The translations under genes and the position numbers were made by a program. Positions 1 through 9,145 of a stretch of 60,371 nucleotides of DNA are shown here, piece by piece (the stretch's first letter is position 1; each line of letters begins with the position of its first letter). Under the pieces are notes generated by a model. The model searched no databases, was not told the DNA's origin, and saw nothing but the letters and a program-made list of their open reading frames with translations. This DNA comes from an uncultured Gemmatimonadota bacterium (lineage in GTDB: Bacteria > SM23-81): positions 1 through 60,371 of the forward strand of contig CAZOYL010000001.1 in NCBI GenBank assembly GCA_964584035.1. Reading direction: 5' to 3'.

Positions 1-1
1 C

Positions 2-985
2 CGAGGTATGGGCGTGGCCTCGATGTTCTACGGCGTCAGTCTGGGCGCCAAGGGATGGTCTCTGGATGCTGCCGCCGCCCATGCTCAGGTGCACCGGGAT
101 GGTTCGGTCAGCCTGGCCATCGGCTGCACCGAGATGGGCCAGGGCGCGCAGACCGTCATCTCTCAGATGGCGGCCGAGAAGCTGGGGCTGTCCCTCGATC
201 GGATCACCGTGCTGCCGACCGACACCGGTCTGGTGCCGGACAGCGGCCCCACGGTGGCCTCCCGGACGACCGTGTTCAGCGGGAATGCCGTCCTCAACGC
301 GCTGGAGCAGATCGGCGGGAACCTGGCGGAGGTCGCTGCCGGGATGCTCGGGTGCCGGAGGGATGCGATCTCCTTTAGGGACGGACAGGTTCACGGCGGC
401 AAGGCCTCCGTGCCGTTTGAGGAGGTCATCGAGCAGTGTTATCTGCGCAACGTCAACCTGGCGGCCGAGGGATGGTACGTATCGCCGCCCTGCAGTTTCG
501 ACGATCGCACCGGACAAGGGGATGCCTATTACGTATATGGATACGGCACGCAGGTGGCAGAGGTGGAGGTCGATCTGGAGACCGGCGCGGTCCGGGTCCT
601 GGAGATCACGGCGGCACATGATGTGGGCCGGGCCATTAATCCACAGGGTGTCCGCGGACAGATCGAGGGTGGGGTGGTGCAGGGCCTGGGATACGGCCTG
701 ATGGAGGATTTTGTGGTCACCGGCGGCCGGATCATGACCCCTGACCTGGCCACCTATATCATTCCCACCTCTCAGGATGTTCCCCACATCCACAGCATCA
801 TCGTCGAGGCGGCCTCTCAAGATGGCCCCTATGGCGCCAAGGGCCTCGGCGAGCAGCCGATCATTCCCACGGCTGCCGCCATCGCCAATGCCATCGCCCA
901 TGCCACCGGGATCCGCATGAGGACTTTGCCCATAGGCCCGGAAGCGCTGCACCGGGCCATGATCCGGGAGGATGAAAAGACGTGA
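2..985 (+). CDS. Xanthine dehydrogenase/aldehyde oxidase-family molybdopterin-binding large subunit, C-terminal part (5' end outside window)
   Basis: The ORF is open to the window edge. The C-terminal stretch GAKGLGEQPIIPTAAAIANAIAHATG is typical of Mo-hydroxylase large subunits. Its stop overlaps the next start (GTGA at 982). Confidence 0.85.
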   Translation, partial: RGMGVASMFYGVSLGAKGWSLDAAAAHAQVHRDGSVSLAIGCTEMGQGAQTVISQMAAEKLGLSLDRITVLPTDTGLVPDSGPTVASRTTVFSGNAVLNALEQIGGNLAEVAAGMLGCRRDAISFRDGQVHGGKASVPFEEVIEQCYLRNVNLAAEGWYVSPPCSFDDRTGQGDAYYVYGYGTQVAEVEVDLETGAVRVLEITAAHDVGRAINPQGVRGQIEGGVVQGLGYGLMEDFVVTGGRIMTPDLATYIIPTSQDVPHIHSIIVEAASQDGPYGAKGLGEQPIIPTAAAIANAIAHATGIRMRTLPIGPEALHRAMIREDEKT

Positions 986-2328
986 ACAAACAAACCGTTC
1001 AGCATTCACGATATCTCGAGGAGGTGGAGCCGGCCTATCGTCCCCACCAGGCCCGTCTGGAGGCGTCCCGTTGCCTGTTCTGCCACGACGCTCCCTGCGC
1101 CCGGGCCTGCCCGGCCGAAATCGATGTGGCCGGTTTCATCCGCAGGCTGAAGGAGGGGAACATCGCCGGCGCGGCCCAGCTGATCTATGAGGCAAACGTT
1201 CTGGGCGGCTCCTGCGGCCGGGTCTGCCCGGTGGAGATACTCTGTCAGGAGGCCTGCAGCCACACGGAACTCTCGGAACCGATCAAGATCGGCAGGCTGC
1301 AGGCGTATGCCTGGCAGCACGGTTACGAGCTCCTCGATGTTCACCTTCCGGGCGAAACATCCCTGGGGAAAGTGGCGGTGGTGGGGGCGGGACCATCGGG
1401 TCTGGCGGCGGCTGCAGAGCTGGCCAGGTTGGGTTATGAGGTCAAGATCTTCGAGAGCCGTGACCGGGCCGGAGGGGTGCTCAGTTCCGGCATACCGGCC
1501 TATCGGCTGCCCGATACGGTGCTGTCAGGAGAGGTTCGCCTGATCCGCCGTCTGGGCGTCGAGTTCGTCTGGGAGCGAAAGGCCGGTCAGGACCTCTCCC
1601 TGGCCGAACTCCGATCCGCCGGTTTCGAGGCCGTTTTTCTGGGGCCGGGACTGGGCCGGAGCGCCCGGGTGGGGCTTCCGGGAGAGGATCTGAAGGGTGT
1701 TTTCTGGGCTGCTGATCTGCTCGACAGGATCAGGAACTATCCCCGTGAGCGGGAGGCGCTGATCGGACAGCTGGGGTGCCGGACGGTCATCATCGGCGGG
1801 GGCAATGTGGCCATCGATGTGGCCTGCTCCCTGCTTCGCCTGGGAATGGAGAAGGTGTCTCTGATCTGTCTGGAGGGTCCCGGGGAAATGCCCGCCTTTC
1901 CCTCCGAGGTTCGCTTTGCCCTGGATGAGGGCGTCGAGCTGCATACCCGCTGCCGGCCCCTGCAGATTTTAGGCGACGACGCTGGCCGCGTCATTGGACT
2001 GGAAGGTGTCGGCATCGAATGGGAAAAGCCGGACTGTTACCTTCCCGATAATGCCATCTCCCTTCCGGGAACGGAATTCAGGCTCCAGGCCGACAGCGTC
2101 GTGGAAGCCATCGGCCGGCGGCCGGAGAAAGCCGTCCTGGAAGATCTGCAGTTAGAGCCTTCGTCGGAAGGCCTGATCGGCGTTGATCAAGCGACCGGGC
2201 AGACCTCCCAGCCGTGGATTTTTTCCGCCGGGGATGTGGTCAATGGCGGGGCCACTGTCGTCGAAGCGGTGGCCGGCGGCAAGAGGGCGGCACGCAGCAT
2301 TCATCGTTATCTTCATCAAGGAAAATAA
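982..2328 (+). CDS. preT: NAD-dependent dihydropyrimidine dehydrogenase subunit PreT-like (GltD-like FAD/NAD oxidoreductase with N-terminal Fe-S Cys motifs)
   Basis: EASRCLFCHDAPCARACP and GRVCPVEILCQEAC Cys clusters, then the GKVAVVGAGPSGLAAA dinucleotide fold. It is collinear with E. coli PreT as I recall it. GTG start overlaps the upstream stop. Confidence 0.8.
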   Translation: MNKQTVQHSRYLEEVEPAYRPHQARLEASRCLFCHDAPCARACPAEIDVAGFIRRLKEGNIAGAAQLIYEANVLGGSCGRVCPVEILCQEACSHTELSEPIKIGRLQAYAWQHGYELLDVHLPGETSLGKVAVVGAGPSGLAAAAELARLGYEVKIFESRDRAGGVLSSGIPAYRLPDTVLSGEVRLIRRLGVEFVWERKAGQDLSLAELRSAGFEAVFLGPGLGRSARVGLPGEDLKGVFWAADLLDRIRNYPREREALIGQLGCRTVIIGGGNVAIDVACSLLRLGMEKVSLICLEGPGEMPAFPSEVRFALDEGVELHTRCRPLQILGDDAGRVIGLEGVGIEWEKPDCYLPDNAISLPGTEFRLQADSVVEAIGRRPEKAVLEDLQLEPSSEGLIGVDQATGQTSQPWIFSAGDVVNGGATVVEAVAGGKRAARSIHRYLHQGK

Positions 2329-2365
2329 TCAACGCGTCATTTGGCGCCGGCAAAGGATGCCATCC

Positions 2366-3619
2366 ATGTCTCAAACCGTTGATCTCGGTGTGGATTTCTG
2401 TGGGGTTCATTTCGACAGTCCCTTTTTACTGGCTGCCTCTCCCTGTACCGACGACCAGGAGATGATCGCCAGAGCCTTCCAGGCTGGCTGGGCCGGAGCG
2501 GTCTTGAAAACCACCTCCGTGGAGGGGACCCCGGTGGATCTGGTCTATCCGATGATCGTCGGATTGGACCACGAGGAGAAAAGAGCCTTCGGCCTGGGGA
2601 ATATCGATCTCATCTCGCATCATCATATCGACCTGATCGAGGAGCGGATACAGTTCCTGAAGAATGAATATCCCCAAAAGGTGGTTGCCGCCAGTATGAT
2701 GGCTGCCACCAGGGAGGATTGGGTGGGGGTCGCCCGGCGCTTGAGCCAGGCCGGGGCCGATATCATCGAGTGCAGTTTTTCCTGTCCCCAGGGAACTCTG
2801 GGTTCCAAGCCGGGTTTCATGCTCGGTCAGGATCCGCGGTTGGCCGGCGAGGTGACCGCCTGGGTGAAAGAGGGTGCCGGTGACACGCCGGTGGTGATCA
2901 AGATCACCCCCCAGGTGGCCGATGTCGTGGAGATCGCTCGGGCGGTCAAAGAGGGCGGTGCCGACGGGGTCTGCGCCTCCAATACCATACCGTCCCTGAT
3001 GGGCATCGATCTGGAAAGCTTCGTGCCGTATCCTCAGGTGGATGGCCAAACCACTTACAGCGGTCTGTCCGGTCCGGCCATCAAACCGATCACGTTGCGG
3101 GTCATCGCCGAGATCGCCCGACACGTCGACATCCCCATCACTGGAACCGGCGGTGCCTCCGACTGGCGGGATGCGGCCGAATTCATGCTGGTCGGCGCCC
3201 GGACCGTACAGTTTTGCACGGCCCCGATGCATTACGGGTATCGCATCATCGAGCATCTCAAGGACGGTCTCGAGCGATATCTGCGATCCAAGGGAATGCA
3301 GGCGCCCGCTGAGCTGGTCGGCCGATCGCTGCCGCATATCGTCAGTCATGAAGACCTCTCCCGGGCCAGGAAGATGATCAGCCGAATCGATTCGCAATTG
3401 TGTATTAAGGACGATCTATGCTATCTGGCCTGCCGGGACGGCGGGCATCAGGCCATCGAGCTGGGCGAGGATCGGATTCCCATCATGGATGACGAAAAAT
3501 GCGTCGGCTGCGGGCTGTGCCTGGCCGTCTGTCCGGTGCCCGGCTGTCTGCATCTGGAGGAAGCTTCCGGCGAGAACAAACCGACGAAAGGAACGCCGGC
3601 GAAAGGAATATCGGCATGA
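2366..3619 (+). CDS. preA: Dihydropyrimidine dehydrogenase subunit PreA-like (DHOD-like TIM barrel plus C-terminal 2x[4Fe-4S] ferredoxin)
   Basis: The N-terminus MSQTVDLGVDFCGVHFDSPFLLAASP, IECSFSCPQ and the C-terminal CVGCGLCLAVCP match PreA. AAGGA lies 8 nt upstream of ATG 2366 (ATG 2357 is an alternative). The ORF-track start 2183 is only a 5' extension overlapping preT. Confidence 0.8.
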   Translation: MSQTVDLGVDFCGVHFDSPFLLAASPCTDDQEMIARAFQAGWAGAVLKTTSVEGTPVDLVYPMIVGLDHEEKRAFGLGNIDLISHHHIDLIEERIQFLKNEYPQKVVAASMMAATREDWVGVARRLSQAGADIIECSFSCPQGTLGSKPGFMLGQDPRLAGEVTAWVKEGAGDTPVVIKITPQVADVVEIARAVKEGGADGVCASNTIPSLMGIDLESFVPYPQVDGQTTYSGLSGPAIKPITLRVIAEIARHVDIPITGTGGASDWRDAAEFMLVGARTVQFCTAPMHYGYRIIEHLKDGLERYLRSKGMQAPAELVGRSLPHIVSHEDLSRARKMISRIDSQLCIKDDLCYLACRDGGHQAIELGEDRIPIMDDEKCVGCGLCLAVCPVPGCLHLEEASGENKPTKGTPAKGISA

Positions 3620-4971
3620 CTCTGAAAGATAACGATAGAGAGAAGGAACTGCTGATCAGCGGCGATTATGTGGTCACCCTCAATCCATCCGGAGAGATCA
3701 TTCCCCGGGGAGCCGTCCTCATCCGCGACGGTCTGATCGCCGATACGGGCCCGGCCGAGCGCCTTCGACAGTCTTACCCGCAGGCGCAGACGATGGACAC
3801 CGGGGGCCTGATCATGCCCGGCCTGATCTGTGCCCACATGCACCTCTACAGCACCATGGCCCGGGGAATGGCCCTGAAGGATGAGGCCCCGGCCAATTTC
3901 GTTCAGATTCTGGAACGTCTCTGGTGGCGGCTGGATCGAGCCCTGCTGGAGGAGGACATTCGCTACAGCGCTCTGGTCGCTCTGATCTCCTGTATTCGGC
4001 ATGGCACCACCACCGTCATCGATCATCACGCCAGCCCGGGGCACATCGCCGGCAGCCTGGACATCCTATCCGAGGCGGTCCGGCAGGCCGGCCTGCGGGC
4101 TTCGTTATGCTATGAGGTCTCGGACCGGGGCGGTGACCGGGAATCCGAATCGGGTATCGAGGAAAACGTTCGATTCTTACGTAGATGTCAGAGTGGGAGG
4201 GACCCTCTTCTGGCGGCCAGCTTTGGCCTGCATGCCTCTTTCACCCTGTCGGATGAGACCCTGAAACGATGCGTCCGAATGGGCCGGGAGCTCAATTCGG
4301 GATTTCATATCCACGTGGCCGAGGACGCCGCCGACGTGCGTGACGCCCGGGAGAAGTACGGAAAAAGCACGGTCCAACGTCTGGCCGATCTCGGCGTTCT
4401 GGGCCCCAGAACCCTGGCCATTCACTGCGTTCATGTCGACCAAGACGACATCGAGGTGCTTCGGGAGACCAAGACCAAGGTGGTGCACAATCCGCAGTCC
4501 AATTGTAACAACGGGGTGGGCGTGGCCCCGGTGCTGGAGATGATGGCCCGCGGTATTCCTGTGGGATTGGGGTCGGACGGGTTCACCACCAACATGTTCG
4601 ACGAGATCAGAATGGCCAACGTGCTGCATAAACTGGCCCGGCGGGATCCCCGGGTGGCCTATGCCGAGGTTCCCCGGATGGTCTTCGAGAACAATCGTCA
4701 CATCGCCGGCCTGTTTTTCGACCAGCCCCTGGGCATCATCGAGCCCGGCGCCGCCGCCGACATCATTGTCCTGGACTATGATCCGGCCACGCCGCTGAAT
4801 GCCGGCTCCTTCTGGGGGCATACGCTCTTCGGTCTGTCAGGAGCCCCGGTGAAGACCACCCTGGTTGGTGGAAAAGTTCTGATGCACGAGGGGCATCTGC
4901 TGGGCCTGGATGAGGAAAAGATTTACGCTCGCTCACGGCAGTTAGCTGAAAAATTATGGAACAGGTTTTAA
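3616..4971 (+). CDS. ssnA: SsnA-type putative aminohydrolase (amidohydrolase superfamily)
   Basis: ILERLWWRLDRAL...TTVIDHHASPGHIAGSL is near-identical in pattern to E. coli SsnA. There is an ATGA overlap with the preA stop. Confidence 0.85.
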   Translation: MTLKDNDREKELLISGDYVVTLNPSGEIIPRGAVLIRDGLIADTGPAERLRQSYPQAQTMDTGGLIMPGLICAHMHLYSTMARGMALKDEAPANFVQILERLWWRLDRALLEEDIRYSALVALISCIRHGTTTVIDHHASPGHIAGSLDILSEAVRQAGLRASLCYEVSDRGGDRESESGIEENVRFLRRCQSGRDPLLAASFGLHASFTLSDETLKRCVRMGRELNSGFHIHVAEDAADVRDAREKYGKSTVQRLADLGVLGPRTLAIHCVHVDQDDIEVLRETKTKVVHNPQSNCNNGVGVAPVLEMMARGIPVGLGSDGFTTNMFDEIRMANVLHKLARRDPRVAYAEVPRMVFENNRHIAGLFFDQPLGIIEPGAAADIIVLDYDPATPLNAGSFWGHTLFGLSGAPVKTTLVGGKVLMHEGHLLGLDEEKIYARSRQLAEKLWNRF

Positions 4972-4986
4972 GGAAAGGAGTGTTTC

Positions 4987-6033
4987 ATGGGTGTGAAGTG
5001 GGATGCCAACAACAAGATTGCCGGGAATATGTTCGAGGCCATCGGCCGGACGCCGCTGGTTCGTTTCAATTCCGTAAGCCGGGGATTGAAGCCCGAAATC
5101 CTGGGAAAGATCGAGTGGTTCAGCCCCACCGGAAGCCTCAAGGACCGCATTTTCTATGAGATGATCACTCAGGCCCTCGACAAGGGTGACCTGAAACCGG
5201 GCATGGAGATCATCGAGACCTCTACGGGCAATGCCGGCATCGCCTGCTCTTTTGTCGGCAAGATGCTGGGCTACAAGGTGACCATCGTCATGCCCGACGG
5301 CATGAGCGAGGAGCGGATGAAGATCATGCGGGCGTACGGGGCCGACATCATCTTCACTCCGGGAGCCGAGTCGGATGTGGATCTGTGCATCGCCAAGACC
5401 GCCGAGATCAAGGCGGCCAATCCGGGAAAATACTGGGAGCCCGACCAGTACGGCAATCCCAATAATATCGGGGCCCACTATAAGACCACCGGCCCGGAGA
5501 TCTGGGAGCAGACCGGTGGACGGGTGGATGCCTTCGTGGCCACCCAGGGGACCGGCGGAACCCTGACCGGCGTGGGCCGGTATCTGCGCGAACACAATCC
5601 GCAGGTCAGGCTGTACGCCATCGAGCCGACCGAGGCGCCGATGCTGTCGAAGCGGGAGTGGGGGTCTCATAAGATCGAGGGGATCGGGGACGGCTTCGTG
5701 CCCTTCAACCTGGATCTCAGTCTCCTCGACGGGATCATCACCACCACCTCCCAACAGGCCATCCAGATGGGGCGCCGGTTGGCTCTGGAAGAGGGTGCCT
5801 TCTGCGGCATCTCCTCGGGAAGCAATGTGGCAGCGGCCGTCAAACTGGCCGAGCGGCACCCCGAGCTGGGACACATCGTGACCATGATCAACGACACCGG
5901 ACAGCGCTATTTTTCCACCGAGCTCTGCGGTGAGCAAAAAGAAGTGGACATTCCGGAACGGGAACACCCCATGGATCAGTACACTATCGATCAGCTGAAC
6001 ACCTATCAGGGCGGCTGGGAAATCATCGAATAA
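4987..6033 (+). CDS. Cysteine synthase/CBS-family fold-type-II PLP enzyme
   Basis: IGRTPLVR...PTGSLKDR (PLP lysine motif) and ETSTGNAGIA are CysK/CysM-like. The substrate is not inferable. Confidence 0.75.
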   Translation: MGVKWDANNKIAGNMFEAIGRTPLVRFNSVSRGLKPEILGKIEWFSPTGSLKDRIFYEMITQALDKGDLKPGMEIIETSTGNAGIACSFVGKMLGYKVTIVMPDGMSEERMKIMRAYGADIIFTPGAESDVDLCIAKTAEIKAANPGKYWEPDQYGNPNNIGAHYKTTGPEIWEQTGGRVDAFVATQGTGGTLTGVGRYLREHNPQVRLYAIEPTEAPMLSKREWGSHKIEGIGDGFVPFNLDLSLLDGIITTTSQQAIQMGRRLALEEGAFCGISSGSNVAAAVKLAERHPELGHIVTMINDTGQRYFSTELCGEQKEVDIPEREHPMDQYTIDQLNTYQGGWEIIE

Positions 6034-6060
6034 TTCATATCAAACAGGAGGGACCAGCGG

Positions 6061-7104
6061 ATGAAAACCGATACCTTTCGCGGCAGGGATTACATTACCC
6101 TGTTGAATTATAGCCGGGAGGAGATCGAGACCCTTCTCGATATCGCCCTGAGCCTGAAGAGAAAATTCGCCACCGGGGAAGGCCATCACCTCCTGCCGGA
6201 CAAGACCCTGTTCATGATCTTCTATAATCAGTCACTGCGGACCCGGAACAGTTTCGAAGCCGGCATGACTCAATTGGGCGGCCACGCTCATTTTCTGGCC
6301 CCCGGAAAGATCTACACGCCCGCCCTGGAAGGCGATGAGCAGGCCTATTCCACCGAACGGGTTTCGGATGTCGCCCGCACCCTGGCACGGATGGGGCACG
6401 GCATCTCCATCCGGATGTATGGGGATCCGGTGGGCTGGGTCTACGGCAAGGCCAACACGATCGTCAACGAATTTGCCCGCTGGGCCGATGTGCCCATCAT
6501 CAATATGGAATGTGATAAATACCATCCCTGTCAGGCTCTGGCCGATCTGTTGACCATAAAGGAAAAGCTCGGCGGTTTCAAGGGCCGGCGGTTCGTGATG
6601 AGCTGGGCCTATTCCCCCAGCGCGGAGAAACCGCTCAGCGTTCCTCAGAGCGCCGTGATCGCCGCCACCAAGATGGGCATGGAGGTCGTTCTGGCCCACC
6701 CCAAAGGCTTGGATCTGGATCCCGAGGTGATCAAGGCCTGCCAGGTCAACGTTCAGAATCAGGGCGGTTCTTTTTCCATCAGCAACGATATAAAGGAGGC
6801 CTTTCGGGGGGCCGATGTGGTCTATCCCAAATCCTGGACCAGCCTGGAGAATATCCCGCCGATCACGGCCAGGCCGGAGATGGGAAAGACAGAAAAGCTG
6901 TTCAACGAGCATAAGGATTGGATCTGCGATCAGGCCAAAATGAAACTGTGTAAACCGGGGGCATTCTACATGCACTGCCTGCCCTGCGACCGGGGTTTTG
7001 AGGTCACCAACGAGGTCATCGACGGGCCCCGATCGGTCGTTTTTGATCAGGCGGAAAACCGCCTCCACGCTCAGAAGGCCGTCATGGCCCTGACCATGAG
7101 ATAG
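6061..7104 (+). CDS. YgeW-like (knotted) carbamoyltransferase
   Basis: SLRTR carbamoyl-phosphate motif, HPCQALAD and HCLP. The block KGRRFVMSWAYSPSAEKPLSVPQS...GGSFSISNDIKEAFRGADVVYPKSW closely parallels E. coli YgeW. Confidence 0.8.
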   Translation: MKTDTFRGRDYITLLNYSREEIETLLDIALSLKRKFATGEGHHLLPDKTLFMIFYNQSLRTRNSFEAGMTQLGGHAHFLAPGKIYTPALEGDEQAYSTERVSDVARTLARMGHGISIRMYGDPVGWVYGKANTIVNEFARWADVPIINMECDKYHPCQALADLLTIKEKLGGFKGRRFVMSWAYSPSAEKPLSVPQSAVIAATKMGMEVVLAHPKGLDLDPEVIKACQVNVQNQGGSFSISNDIKEAFRGADVVYPKSWTSLENIPPITARPEMGKTEKLFNEHKDWICDQAKMKLCKPGAFYMHCLPCDRGFEVTNEVIDGPRSVVFDQAENRLHAQKAVMALTMR

Positions 7105-7113
7105 AGGAGAGAG

Positions 7114-8133
7114 ATGGCTGCAACGGAACTTTTCGGCAAAGACCTCATCTGCACGCAGGATTGGAGCACCGCAGAGCTGGAGCAGGTTCTCCGGCTGGCG
7201 GTGGAGATGAAGGCGAACCGCTTCTCGGAAAAGTACACTTCTCTGCTTCAGCATAAGACCTTCATGATGTTCTTCTACAACCCGTCCGTGCGTACCCGCC
7301 AGTCTTTCGAGGCTGCGGCCACGGAGCTGGGCGCACACGCGCAGTTCCTGGAACCCTCGTCCATGCGGTTGAAGACCAAAAGCGGCGCCGGGGAAACGAT
7401 CGAGGATGCCGCCCGGGTGATGAGCCGATACGCCTGCGGGCTGGGGATTCGCATTCTGGAGAATAAGATAGAGGCCTATGGCGACGGAGATGAGTTGCTC
7501 CGGGAGTATGCCCGGCACGCTTCCATCCCGGTGATCAACATGGCCGATGACAAGTATCACCCCTGTCAGGGGCTGGCCGACGTGATGGGATTGCGGCAGG
7601 CCTTCGGCAGCGATGACCTGCGGGGAAAGAAACTGCTCCAGATTTGGGGTCACGGTGCCCTGGCTCGCTCCTGGTGCTCGGTGCAGGAGAGCCTGTTGAT
7701 CAACTCCCGTTTTGGGATGGACGTCACTCTGGCCTACCCCCGGGGGTATGATCTCGATCCGGAGGTGATCGAGCAGGTCCGGGCCAACTGTGCCGAGGCC
7801 GGATCCGCCTTCGAGATCCTCCATGACCCCACCGCCGGCTATGCCGGCGCTCACGTTGTCTATTCTCGCAACTGGATGAGTCCTAAGGCGTACGACAGAG
7901 GATTTCAGAAAGAGAATGAAGTGCGAAAAGCCATGGAACAGACCGATTGGATCTGCGACCGGAAGCGCATGGCCATGACCGATAAGGGCTTCTTTATCCA
8001 TCCCATGCCGGTGGATCGTGGTCACGAGGTCACCGATGAGGTGGCCAGCGGCGAGCGATCCATCATCTATGATGTGGCCGAGAATCGCCTTCACGTCCAA
8101 AAAGCCGTCATGGCGCTGACCATGGGAGCGTGA
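7114..8133 (+). CDS. Second aspartate/ornithine carbamoyltransferase-family enzyme (paralog of the upstream gene)
   Basis: SVRTR, HPCQGLAD and HPMP motifs. It shares the C-terminal DWICD...AENRLHVQKAVMALTM with the upstream paralog. Confidence 0.75.
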   Translation: MAATELFGKDLICTQDWSTAELEQVLRLAVEMKANRFSEKYTSLLQHKTFMMFFYNPSVRTRQSFEAAATELGAHAQFLEPSSMRLKTKSGAGETIEDAARVMSRYACGLGIRILENKIEAYGDGDELLREYARHASIPVINMADDKYHPCQGLADVMGLRQAFGSDDLRGKKLLQIWGHGALARSWCSVQESLLINSRFGMDVTLAYPRGYDLDPEVIEQVRANCAEAGSAFEILHDPTAGYAGAHVVYSRNWMSPKAYDRGFQKENEVRKAMEQTDWICDRKRMAMTDKGFFIHPMPVDRGHEVTDEVASGERSIIYDVAENRLHVQKAVMALTMGA

Positions 8134-8136
8134 GCC

Positions 8137-9078
8137 ATGTCTCCTATCGCAGTGGTGGCTGTTGGCGGCAATTCGCTGATCAAGGACCGGGACCATCAAG
8201 CGGTTCCCGACCAGTATCAGGCCGTGGCCGAGACCTGCGTGCACATCGTCGGCCTGGTGGCCTCGGGATATGATGTCGTCATCACCCATGGCAATGGACC
8301 GCAGGTGGGCTATATCCTGCTGCGGGCGGAGATGGCTTCCCACGCTCTCCACTCCGTGCCGCTGGATTCCTGCGACGCCGATACCCAGGGGGCCATCGGA
8401 TATCACATTCAAAGGGCCCTGGGCAATGAGTTCGGTCGTCGCCATATGGACAAAAGCGCGGTGACCGTGGTCACGCAGGTGGTCGTGTCGGCCGATGATG
8501 CCGCCTTCGAGCAGCCCAGCAAACCGATCGGTCCCTTTTACGAAGCCGACCGGGCCAGGGCACTTGAGCAGGATCATGGCTGGCGAATGGTCGAGGATGC
8601 CGGACGGGGATACCGCCGGGTGGTGCCGTCTCCAAAACCGATCGAGATCGTCGAGATAGACAGCATCAAAACCCTGTTGAGCAACGGATTTGTTGTCATC
8701 GCCGTGGGCGGAGGGGGCATTCCGGTGGTGCGCGGTCAGGACGGCTGTCTGGTCGGGGCGGAGGCCGTCATCGACAAGGATCATGCCTCCGGGCTGCTGG
8801 CGGCCGAGATCGGAGCTCCCCTGCTGATCATCTCCACCTCGGTCGATTGTGTCTATCGCAACTATCGCTGCCAGGATCAGTGCTCGCTGGATCACCTGAC
8901 GGTCAAAGAAGCTCGTGAATACTTGCACCAGGGCCAGTTTGCCCCCGGAAGCATGGAGCCCAAGGTCCAAGCGGCCATAGACTATCTCGACCGGATCGAT
9001 GGCCAGGTGGTGATCACCTCGCCTCAGCAGATGGTGGCTGCGGCGGCCGGGAAAGCGGGAACCCGGATCACCCGGTGA
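8137..9078 (+). CDS. arcC: Carbamate kinase
   Basis: IAVVAVGGNSL...VVITHGNGPQVG and the C-terminal F.PGSM.PKV pattern are typical of ArcC/YqeA. Confidence 0.85.
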   Translation: MSPIAVVAVGGNSLIKDRDHQAVPDQYQAVAETCVHIVGLVASGYDVVITHGNGPQVGYILLRAEMASHALHSVPLDSCDADTQGAIGYHIQRALGNEFGRRHMDKSAVTVVTQVVVSADDAAFEQPSKPIGPFYEADRARALEQDHGWRMVEDAGRGYRRVVPSPKPIEIVEIDSIKTLLSNGFVVIAVGGGGIPVVRGQDGCLVGAEAVIDKDHASGLLAAEIGAPLLIISTSVDCVYRNYRCQDQCSLDHLTVKEAREYLHQGQFAPGSMEPKVQAAIDYLDRIDGQVVITSPQQMVAAAAGKAGTRITR

Positions 9079-9145
9079 TCCCGATCATCGAGTCCTCAGG
9101 AAAAATGTTTTCAGGCGAACTGTTTTCGGACGGAGTCAGCGCCCC

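Noticed and set aside
6232-8970. A 912-aa ORF on the - strand spanning both carbamoyltransferases and carbamate kinase
   Set aside because: The three + strand genes all use the same reading frame, and the antisense ORF is codon-for-codon in register with them. Its stop codons would require TTA, CTA or TCA sense codons, which are rare in this GC-rich coding style. The translation is low-complexity (G/H/D/R/P/L-rich) with no recognisable motif, whereas the sense products have clear family motifs. It is a shadow ORF.
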